Below are positions 9,485 through 17,701 of a DNA stretch of 64,000 nucleotides, piece by piece. The stretch is from positions 1,440,001 to 1,504,000 of the forward strand of contig OZ219790.1 of NCBI GenBank assembly GCA_964291215.2. The letters are read 5' to 3'. The translations under genes were made by a program, and so were the position numbers. This DNA is from Alphaproteobacteria bacterium (GTDB lineage: Bacteria; Pseudomonadota; Alphaproteobacteria; MPNO01; UBA830). Numbering within the stretch: the stretch's first letter is position 1; each line of letters opens with the position of its first letter. The notes beneath the pieces are model-generated. The model did no database searches. It was not told the DNA's origin and saw nothing but the letters and a program-made list of their open reading frames with translations.

Positions 9485-10577
9485 TCAGTCGCGAATGTCC
9501 TGTAGGAACCACTCGGTGGGAATCGTCCGGCCGCGCCCTTCGGCGAGCGCCTTGCGATAGACAAGGCCGCCGACCGCGACGAACCGGAGGCCCTGGTTGC
9601 CGACATTCTGGTAGAAGGTGATTTCGGTTTCGGAACTCCGTCCCGGCGACGAGGTCGCAATAATCGGGATAGGCCATCCGAAAATTGCTCCGCCCGCGGC
9701 TCTGCAGCGGCAGGCGCCGCATCTCGTCGTCGGTGCCCGCGATGAAGGCCATCGGCGAATGGCCTACGCCGCTTTTCAGGCGTGTGCCTCCCTTGACCTC
9801 GATTCCCGGAGTTCCCTGGCGAATTCGAACGTCTAAGCGCTCGAGCGCGGCGCGGCTGATCTCGTCCGGGCCGAGATTGGTGACGTGCATGCCGGGCTCT
9901 AGCCAGTCCGCCTCGAAAGTGGGCTCCATCGAATCCGTCGCAGGCGCGAGAATATCGACGCCGCGCACCGCTTCGCGGGCGCTGTCGACCGGCACGACCT
10001 CGACTCCGAGTTCGCCGCCCATCTCCTCGGCGAAACGCTCGCGGTTTGCCGGCGTCGGGCTGTAGACCTTCACGCTCTCGATTCTGCGCACGGCGCAAAA
10101 TGCCTCGAGGTAGGTGTGCGCCATGCCTCCCGAACCGAGCAGGCCGACGACGCCGGAATCGCTCCGCGACAGATGGCGCACACCGATCCCGGCCCCGCCA
10201 CCTACCCGCACGTGCTGGATCACACCGTCATCGATCACGGCCAAGGGCTCGCCGTTCCGGATCGAGAACAGGGCGTCGAGCCCGCAATGGGTTCCCGGCT
10301 CGACGCAGTACTTGTCCTTGCTCCAGCGTCCCGAGGCATCGCGCGGCCAGGTGATGACGTCGGACTTCATGCGGATCGCGAAGATTCCGTCGAAGACGCC
10401 TTCCATGGTGCCCCAGCGATAGTCTCCGTCATCGCGTTCGCACGGCGCGTACATGTCGAGGCGGGGCCGGTAAGCAGCGTTTCCGGACGGGATCGCGCAG
10501 AAGGCCTGCTCCTGGACGTCTATGCAATCCTCTATCGAGAGGAGTTCGGCAACAAGGGCATTGTCGATTATCAGCAT
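9485..10577 (-). pseudogene. Ornithine cyclodeaminase/mu-crystallin family protein, frameshifted near the C-terminus
   Basis: RVGGGAG, GLLGSGGMA and DWLEPGMHV motifs. The conserved tail EITFYQNVGNQGLRFVAVGG...EWFLQDIRD* lies in another frame after about 9640 and ends at 9485. Confidence 0.75.
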
Positions 10578-10729
10578 GACGCCTCCTGCATCGGTTCAGG
10601 GGCCGGTACGCACCGGAAATCAGGCACCGGCCGCAGACGCGGCTCGGGCAGCGCCGACGATCCCGTGTGATACGGCTGCGACAGGATACTCCATAGTCGG
10701 AGTGGAGACAGGCCGCGCGGCGCGCCTTT

Positions 10730-11719
10730 CTATACCCGGAATTCGCTCTGCACCTCTTCGGGGAAGAGCTCTTCGACCGCGACCCGGCGGCGGCAGACGC
10801 CCTGCTCGAAACCGTACTGCAGGAACGCCTCGAGTGTGGTGCGGTTCTTCTCTATGCCGTAGGGAAAGAAATCACCGCCGAACAGGCGTTGGGCGCGGCG
10901 CGCGCTCTCATAGCACCAGGCGAAGGGCAGGCGTGTGGCGGTGATCTCGAGGGCGCGGGCCATGGCGCGGTTCTTCGCCTCCTCGAAGGCCTTGAAGAGA
11001 TTCATCGCGATCCAGCGATTGGCGTGGAACACGTCCCCGCGAATCGCGATGACATGCATGATCGGAAAGATCCCGGTGTCGCGATAATAGGCCTCCTCGA
11101 TCTCCTGATAATCCGCATAGAGATGGACTATCTCGTCGCTGCCGTCCTCGACCGGCGCCGGCGGATGGGCAGCCATGACGCAGTCGATCTCGCCGGAGAG
11201 AAGCAGGTCGGTCAGCGACCGGTCGGGGCGCGGCGTGTAAGAGACCCCGTCGGGAAGATGCAGCTGCACCTTCTCCTGACGCCCCGGCTGGTTGACGCCG
11301 GCCTGCACCCATTCGATCTCCTGGAGCGGGATGCCGACATTGTGGACGAGCCAGCCGCGGGTGTAGATCGATGCCGTTTGCGCCCATTCCGGAATGCCGA
11401 GCCTCTTGCCGCGAAGGTCGCCGGCATCCTTGATCGCGCTTCCCGCCGGCACAAAGAGCGACGACTGGCGGAACACGCGCGACGGGAACACCGGAATGGC
11501 GGTGACGCTGTCGTCGTCCTGGGACTTGAGCGCGATATACTTGCCGAACGACATCTCGGAGACGTCCCATTCCCGGAACTTGGTGAACCGGTAGAATGTC
11601 TCCTCGATTTGCAGGTTGAGGTAGCGGAGGTCTATGCCCTCGGCGCCAATGTCGCCGCGGGTCAGGTCCCGCATGTGCTCGTAGTCGCTGCCCGCGAAGG
11701 TAAGCGTCAGTGCGTTCAT
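10730..11719 (-). CDS. 4,5-dihydroxyphthalate decarboxylase-like protein (periplasmic-binding-protein fold)
   Basis: DVSEMS, AIPVFPSRVFRQS, GIPEWAQTA, TGIFPIMH and PYGIEKNR motifs of the OphC/Pht5 family. Confidence 0.8.
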   Translation of the reverse strand: MNALTLTFAGSDYEHMRDLTRGDIGAEGIDLRYLNLQIEETFYRFTKFREWDVSEMSFGKYIALKSQDDDSVTAIPVFPSRVFRQSSLFVPAGSAIKDAGDLRGKRLGIPEWAQTASIYTRGWLVHNVGIPLQEIEWVQAGVNQPGRQEKVQLHLPDGVSYTPRPDRSLTDLLLSGEIDCVMAAHPPAPVEDGSDEIVHLYADYQEIEEAYYRDTGIFPIMHVIAIRGDVFHANRWIAMNLFKAFEEAKNRAMARALEITATRLPFAWCYESARRAQRLFGGDFFPYGIEKNRTTLEAFLQYGFEQGVCRRRVAVEELFPEEVQSEFRV

Positions 11720-11798
11720 TAAAGGACCTCCCTCCTTGTCAAGATTGCGAAGGGCCTGACGCCCACCGTCATCCGCGGTGCCACAGGAAGAGCGGCAG

Positions 11799-12545
11799 TC
11801 AGGCCACCTTCCTGCGCCAGCGCATCTGCCTGTCCATCTCGTCGCCGGCCTTGGCGATACCGTCGAGATAGTGCTCCCAAACCATCAGATTCTCCTCGCA
11901 GGCATCCACGACCTCGTCCTCCATGCGAAGCTTGCTCGCATACTTGGCGACCGTCTGCCATCCGAGGTTCGAGTGCTTGATATCGGCCTCGGAATGCATG
12001 CCGAAGAACAAGCGTTGCTCCTCGTTGAGACCGAACATCTTGCCCCAGCGACGATTCTCGTTGCCGAACCAGCCCTTTTTGCGGACTTCGCCGTTGCCGT
12101 AGCCCGGGATGTTGGAGCGCTCGGCGCAGGTGTTGGCCATCAAGCCGAGCAGCCAGTGCCGGTTGCTCATCAGGCCGTCCCAAGCGCGCCAGGCGAGACG
12201 GGTCGACGGCAGGAGCGGCGCGCCGATGATGTCCTCTCGCTCCATCCCGCAATCGACGCCGAGATCCTCGAGCACCTTCCAGTGTGGACGCCCGTCGCCA
12301 TGCTCGACATCGGAGACGATCTCTTCGACACAGGCCTCGAGAATGCCGAGCTTCACATCCCACTCGGGACAGTTGGTCGCGACCCGCAGCTTGAGGACGG
12401 AATTGCGCTGCCGCGTGTTCTGACGGTGCTGCATCACGAATGTGTAGGCCCGGCCCTTGGTCAGCGGCTGGTTGATCAGGGCAACGCGTTTCGAATAGTC
12501 GTCGACGACCCTGTCGAGTTCGGCAATCACGGTCTTGGCGCTCAT
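11799..12545 (-). CDS. Heme-oxygenase-like diiron redox enzyme (PqqC/CADD/TenA-like fold)
   Basis: Candidate metal ligands EE...H (VEEIVSDVEHGDGRPHW), E (CAER) and HxxxDxxH (MHSEADIKHS). GGAGGAG RBS. Confidence 0.65.
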   Translation of the reverse strand: MSAKTVIAELDRVVDDYSKRVALINQPLTKGRAYTFVMQHRQNTRQRNSVLKLRVATNCPEWDVKLGILEACVEEIVSDVEHGDGRPHWKVLEDLGVDCGMEREDIIGAPLLPSTRLAWRAWDGLMSNRHWLLGLMANTCAERSNIPGYGNGEVRKKGWFGNENRRWGKMFGLNEEQRLFFGMHSEADIKHSNLGWQTVAKYASKLRMEDEVVDACEENLMVWEHYLDGIAKAGDEMDRQMRWRRKVA

Positions 12546-12637
12546 GCTGACGCTCCTCCTTGTCCGATGTTGGTAACGGGCTCCGAATCTATCCTCGAAG
12601 GACGGCTGCGTTCAAACACTGTCCGGCAATATGAGAT

Positions 12638-12652
12638 ATATCGAAATCCTAT
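12638..12652. promoter_or_regulatory. Putative LysR binding box (ATA-N9-TAT) upstream of the diiron-enzyme operon
   Basis: ATAtcgaaatccTAT fits T-N11-A and sits in an AT-rich intergenic stretch. Confidence 0.5.
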
Positions 12653-12674
12653 ACCAGGGCGTTCGACAGTCGAT

Positions 12675-13595
12675 TTACGGATTGCGCCAGCGGCCCCCGC
12701 TCGTGGCGATGATGTTGGCGATCACCCGGTCGATGATCCGGCGCACGGCGCGGGACACGTTGGTTTCGAGGTAGTCGGAAGCGCGGGCAAAGTAAAGCGT
12801 ACGCGATACCCGCGGGCGGGCAATGCGCATGGCCGAGAGCCGACCGGCCTCGGCCAGGGACTGGACCGCGGCGAAAGGCAGGATCGTCGCGCCGATGCCG
12901 CCCTCGACGAGTTCGCGCATCGTCGCAACCGAGTTGATCTCGAGACAGATGTCGAGCGACAGGCCGCGTTCCCGCGCCGCCGTCTCGACGGTCTCGCGGA
13001 GCCCGAACCTGGCCTCGGGGAGGATCAGGCGCTCACGGCTGGCCTCGCTGAGGGACACCACCGCTTCGCGCTCCGGCGCCCGCCCCGGGCGCACGAGATA
13101 GAGGTCCTCGACCAGGAGCGGCTCGGCCACGATGCCGCGAGCGGCCGCGGGATTGTAGGTAAAGCCAATGTCAACCGAGTTCTCGTCCAGCCTCTGCATG
13201 ATCTCCTCGCTCATGCCCTCGACGAGCTTGAGGGCGATTTCGGGATGGGTGGCGCGGCACGCGGAGATCACCGGTGTCGCCAGCAGCGCGGTCGCGGTCG
13301 GCGTGATGCCCAGCGCGATCTCGCCCCGCGGCGGGCCGGAAAGGTCGGTGACCTCGTGGCGCGCGCGCTCGACCTGGCGGATGATGGCGACGGCATGCTT
13401 GAGAAGGAGCTCTCCTGCCTCGGTCGGCTCGACCCCCCGCGAATGCCTGACGAGGAGCAGCGTTCCGAGTTCCTCCTCGAGCTTCTTGACCTGGGCCCCG
13501 AGCGCCGGCTGGGCGACACGCAGCCGGTTCGCAGCGCGGGTGAAGCTGCGGGCCTCGACGATTTCCGCGAAATAGCGAAGCTGGCGGATGTCCAT
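12675..13595 (-). CDS. LysR-family transcriptional regulator (Nac-like)
   Basis: MDIRQLRYF...SFTRAA..LRVAQPAL..QVKKLEEELG helix-turn-helix. Confidence 0.93.
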   Translation of the reverse strand: MDIRQLRYFAEIVEARSFTRAANRLRVAQPALGAQVKKLEEELGTLLLVRHSRGVEPTEAGELLLKHAVAIIRQVERARHEVTDLSGPPRGEIALGITPTATALLATPVISACRATHPEIALKLVEGMSEEIMQRLDENSVDIGFTYNPAAARGIVAEPLLVEDLYLVRPGRAPEREAVVSLSEASRERLILPEARFGLRETVETAARERGLSLDICLEINSVATMRELVEGGIGATILPFAAVQSLAEAGRLSAMRIARPRVSRTLYFARASDYLETNVSRAVRRIIDRVIANIIATSGGRWRNP

Positions 13596-13638
13596 CCTTG
13601 TCCTTCCATCGCGATTTGCTATATGTTTCGGCCTCATC

Positions 13639-13653
13639 ATACAAAAACGCTAT
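13639..13653. promoter_or_regulatory. Putative LysR autoregulatory box (ATA-N9-TAT)
   Basis: ATAcaaaaacgcTAT lies between the lysR start and the divergent MFS gene. Confidence 0.5.
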
Positions 13654-14148
13654 CTATCGGCCACCCGGTCGCGGGACGGCGTCCGGACGGCAGCGTTGTC
13701 GGAAACCGGGCGCGGCCGGACGCATGGCGACCGGCCACGGGAATTCCGGCGCTTGTGCGGCCCCGAACCGTGTGCAAGCCTTGATCGCGGGAACCGGTGT
13801 GGGCGGGACGGCAGGAGAGACGGGTCGTGACGAGCAGTTCCGCGCTTTTTCCTGCCGGCGCAGATTTTCAGCGGTGAGCGCTCCCCGCGAGGCGGCCGAC
13901 ATCACGCCATTGAACCGGCTGGCTATCTTCGCGGCCGGCTTCTTCAGTCTGAGCCAGATCCCGATGATGACGCTCATCGTGCCGCTGTGGGCGGCCGACA
14001 TCGGCGCCGGCCCGCTGTGGATCGGAATCGCGGTTTCGCTGCGCGCCGCCCTTGCGATGGTCTTTTCGATCCAGGCCGGCGCGCTGATGGACAGGCTCGG
14101 CACTGCCCGGGTCTGCAGCGTTCTCGGCGTGGCCGCCGCGCTGCTCGC

Positions 14149-15850
14149 GTCGGGTAGGCCGCTGGCGCGCGCATCCTTAGGCGGAGGCTTTATCCGTCAC
14201 CGCTCTTTCGATTGCGGGCGGGTTCGCAGAATCGCCATAGACCACGTTTCCAGCAGCCCCCCTAAAATTCCGTACGTCCGGTTTTCCCGGTTCAAGCATC
14301 AGGCACCCACTTGGAGTTCGGTGCGAAGCCTTCCCACGCCATGGTCAAGGTCGGGTAGGCCACTGGCGCGCGCATCCGTAGGCAGAGGCTTTGTCCGTCA
14401 CCGCTCTTTCGATTGCGGGCGGGGTCGCAGTTCTCCCATAGACCACGTTTCCAGCAGCCCCCCTAAAATTCCGTACGTCCGGTTTTCCCGGTTCAAGCAT
14501 CAGGCACCCACTTGGAGTTCGGTGCGGAGCCTTCCGCCGGACACGCCATGGTCAAGGCTGACCCAACCGTACCCACGGCATCTCCGAGCGTTTGCTCCGT
14601 CCTTCGACCTCGCGGCCTTTGTCGGTCGGTGCCAGTTTCTGAGCACTGGCGTTGACCTACCGCGGAACAGGCCACCTGAGCCCTGAGGTCCTCGCTCAGG
14701 ACGGGTTGTGTTGTCCCGCCCGTCAACGCTTAATCAACCTCATCCGCCAGTCAGGAGGACTCCGCGTCCTTTCCCGTTTCCCGGTTATGGACGCGGTCCT
14801 TGACATTCAAGGGTCACTTCATCCTGTCCGTCCTCCTCACCTTCCGATCTTTCACTGCTGTACTGTCCCGGATTGCCGCCGTCTCTACCACCGGGGAACC
14901 CGATGCGTGCTCTCCAGTTCTTCCGCATCGACGCTGGCCATCGGGCAGTCAGCAGGCCCTTGGCATTCCCGTTTACCCCACTAATCAGCTTCGTGTGGGA
15001 TGGTTATTTCGGGGCTTCATCCAATCGTTCGCTTTCGCTGCGGCCCTCCGGTTTGCTCGCCGCCCTGGCTGACCGAACCGGCTGGACACTGTGTTCCAGC
15101 CAGCCCACAACGGCTTTCTACGTCCCAGCTCGCTGATCCAGGGTCACCCCTGAACCAATGCTACGGCGCCAAACTGGAAATTGCGCCGGCGGGACTCGCA
15201 CCCGCAAGTACAGCATCTAGACTCGCTGCACGCTGACCCAACCATACCCACGGCATCTCCGAGCGTTTGCTCCGTCCTTCGGCCTTGCAGTCTGTCGGTC
15301 TGCGTACCGGCTTGACCTGCCGCATAGGCTACCTGAGCCCTGAGGTCCTCGCTCGGGACGGGTTGTGTTGTCCCGCCCCTTAGGCGACCTCATCCGCCAG
15401 TCAGGAGGACTCCGTGTCCTTTCCCGTCTCCCGGTTATAGACGCGGTCCTTGACGGGTCTCTTCATCCTGTCTGTCCTCCTCACCTTCCGGTCTTTCACT
15501 GCTGATCTGTCCCGAATTGCCGCCGTCTGTACCCCGGGGAACCCGATGCGTGTTCCTCAGTTCTTCCGCATCGACACTGGCCATCGGGTAGCAACCTTGG
15601 CGTTCGCCGTCTATCCCACAATCAGCTTCGTGTGGGTGGGGAATTTCGGGGCTTCCCGTTCGCTTTCGCCCTCCGGTTTGCTCGCCGCCCTGGCTGACCG
15701 GACCGGCTGGACATTGCGTTCCAGCCAGCCCACGACGGCTTTCTACGTCCCAGCTCGCTGATCCAGGGTCGCCCCTGAACCAATGCTACGGCGCCAAACT
15801 GAGAATTGCGGGACTTTCACCCGCAAGATCAGCAGCTAGACTCGCTGCAC
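14149..15850 (-). mobile_element. Outer ORF-less group II intron (about 820 nt without the nested intron)
   Basis: Minus strand starts GTGCAGCG at 15850 and ends CCTACCCGAC at 14149. DV/DVI-like GGAAAACCGGACGTACGGAATTTTAGGGGGGCTGCTGG. No RT ORF. Confidence 0.85.
14350..15231 (-). mobile_element. Inner (nested) ORF-less group II intron, 882 nt, paralogous to the outer intron
   Basis: Same termini (GTGCAGCG...CCTACCCGAC). Removing it restores ggtcaag|gctgaccc, the sequence found intact inside the inner copy at 14550-14564. Confidence 0.85.
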
Positions 15851-16823
15851 GCTCGCCTATCCCCTGTGGCCCTCGATCAGCGGCCTGCTGCTGTTGCAGA
15901 CCCTCCTCGGCTTCCTGCACGTCACGTGCTGGATCGGCGCCCAGGCCATGATCGGCACCCTCGCCGGCGGCAACCCGGGGACCATGGGCCGCTTCACCTT
16001 CGTCACCACGCTCGGCACCTTCCTCGGCCCCCTCCTGGTCGGGCTGGTCTGGGAGTTTCTCGGACCGTGGGGCGCCTTCACGCTAGTGTCAGGCTGGTCG
16101 CTCGCCTTCGCCCTGACCGCAGCCGCGACCCCGCGCGCTGGCGGCGCCGCGTCCCGCGCGTCTGTCCGACCCGCGGACCTGGCCCCGAAATGGGCCGACT
16201 ACGCGGCCGGCTTCGGGCTTCTGCGGTCGCCGATCATCGCCTGCTTCATGGTGATCTCCGCCGCGCTTGCCGCCACCTACGCCATGCGCCACACCTTTCT
16301 TTCGGCCTTTCTCGACGGGATCGCGTTTCAGGGCACCGAGATCGGCATCATCTTCGGCTCAATGGCCCTTTCGGGCGGCATCGCGGGCCTGACAGTCGGC
16401 TATCTGTCGCGTTATGTCCGGCCGCACTGGCTCACGATAGCGGCGACCGTGCTCGGTGCCCTGAGTTTCTCGACCCTGCCCCTGTTTACGGGATTCTGGG
16501 CGCTGCTGGCCGTGTCCCTGGCAACCGGAATCTGCACGGGACTGGCCTTCCCGCTGGTCCTGTCGATCCTGACCCGGGAAATATCCATCGGCGACCAGGG
16601 GCTCAGCGCCGGACTGCGGTCCACGACCAACAGGACGGCATCGCTGACGATTCCGGTGATCATGGGGGCGGTGATCGCCGCCACCGACATAGCGTTTGGT
16701 TTCTTCGTCATGGGCGCCGTCGTCATATGCATCGTCGCGGCGCCGGTGCCGTTTCTCGTGCGCGCGCTCAGGCGCGCGAGCCATTCCTGAGACAGGACGC
16801 GCCGCTGGCGGCAGCACCCGCCG

Positions 16824-16852
16824 TTGACGTTTCGCCGGCACCCGACTAGCCT
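16824..16852 (+). promoter_or_regulatory. Putative sigma70 promoter for the PhyH gene pair
   Basis: TTGACG-N17-TAGCCT, about 36 nt upstream of ATG 16889. Confidence 0.5.
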
Positions 16853-16888
16853 TCGGCTATCGCGTTCCAGGCGGCAGGGAGCACGGTC

Positions 16889-17701
16889 ATGAAGCTAAAC
16901 CGCGACCAGATCGACCGGTTCCACGAGACCGGTTATCTGATGCTGCAGAACCTGTTCTCGGAGGCCGAGGCGCAGATCCTCCGCCAGGCAGCTGCCGAGG
17001 TCTACGCCATGGACCGCGAGGAGGTGCTGTGCGAGAGGGACGGCGTGTCGCCGCGCACCGCCTTTGCGGCGCATTGCTACCATGACGCCTTCCGGCGGCT
17101 CGGTCGCCATCCACGCCTGATCGAGCCGGTCATGCAGATCCTCGAAGGGCACGTCTACATGCATCAGTACAAGGTCAACGCCAAGGTGGCTTTCGACGGC
17201 GATGTCTGGCAATGGCACCAGGACTACGGCACTTGGTCGCGCGACGACCTGATGCCTGAAGCGCGGGCAATGAACATCGCGCTGTTCGTCGACGACGTCA
17301 CAGAATTCAACGGCCCCCTGTGGATCATACCAGGCTCGCACCGCGAGGGCGTTTTCGATGCCGGCCACGACCTCAAGACCACCAGCTACCCGCTGTGGAC
17401 GCTGGACAAGGCCACGGTCACCACACTGGCGGAACGGGGCGGCATCTTTTCGGCCAAGGGCAACGCCGGCAGCGTGCTGATGTTCCACAGCAACGTCGTG
17501 CACGCGTCTTCACCCAACCTGTCGCCCTGGGGGCGGACGATCGTCTATCTCTCGCTGTGCCATGTGGACAACCACATCCGGCGCTTCAAGAGGCCGGAAT
17601 GGATCGCGCATCGCGATTTCGCGCCCATCGAGGCGCTTCCGGACGATTGCCTGACCGCGCCGGCACCGACACAAGCGGGGGCAGCGGAACGGGTGGCGTG
17701 A
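16889..17701 (+). CDS. Fe(II)/2-oxoglutarate dioxygenase, PhyH family (ectoine/proline hydroxylase-like)
   Basis: HQYKVNAK...WHQDYGTW (HxD), NGPL.IIPGSH, FHSNVVHAS and distal R. Confidence 0.88.
   Translation: MKLNRDQIDRFHETGYLMLQNLFSEAEAQILRQAAAEVYAMDREEVLCERDGVSPRTAFAAHCYHDAFRRLGRHPRLIEPVMQILEGHVYMHQYKVNAKVAFDGDVWQWHQDYGTWSRDDLMPEARAMNIALFVDDVTEFNGPLWIIPGSHREGVFDAGHDLKTTSYPLWTLDKATVTTLAERGGIFSAKGNAGSVLMFHSNVVHASSPNLSPWGRTIVYLSLCHVDNHIRRFKRPEWIAHRDFAPIEALPDDCLTAPAPTQAGAAERVA

Larger units (their letters stand above)
13874..16790 (+). pseudogene. MFS transporter interrupted by an antisense group II twintron (segments 13874-14148 and 15851-16790)
   Basis: N-terminal segment has GALMDRLG (MFS motif A). 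Joining 14148 to 15851 restores the frame (...AALLA-LAYPLWPSISGLLLLQTLLGF...) into the ORF at 15894-16790. Confidence 0.85.

Noticed and set aside
9630-9650. Programmed ribosomal frameshift in the cyclodeaminase-family gene
   Set aside because: No clear slippery heptamer, and conserved linker residues are missing, so a deletion is more likely.
8398-10098. 566-aa ORF suggesting an N-terminally extended dehydrogenase; similar extensions on lipB (27771), adk (38877), the ThDP enzyme (6067) and rpmC (44856)
   Set aside because: The extensions overlap other real genes or a tRNA and are low-complexity. Homology starts at the downstream start codons.
14149-14556. Apparent ~200-nt tandem duplication (and again 14557-15231 versus 15232-15850), considered as CRISPR, DGR TR/VR or simple duplication
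   Set aside because: The A-A'-B'-B layout, group II termini and precise junction are explained by intron nesting. There are no spacers, and the differences are not adenine-specific.
13598-15761. ORFs across the intron region (13598-14686, 14652-14984, 14800-15072, 15450-15761, etc.)
   Set aside because: They are read-through into the antisense strand of intron RNA. No RT (YADD) or maturase motifs were seen.
14143-15856. GCTCGC on both sides of the insertion, resembling a target-site duplication
   Set aside because: Both copies fit the rejoined MFS frame (L-A-L-A), and group II introns do not create TSDs. The repeat is probably native sequence.
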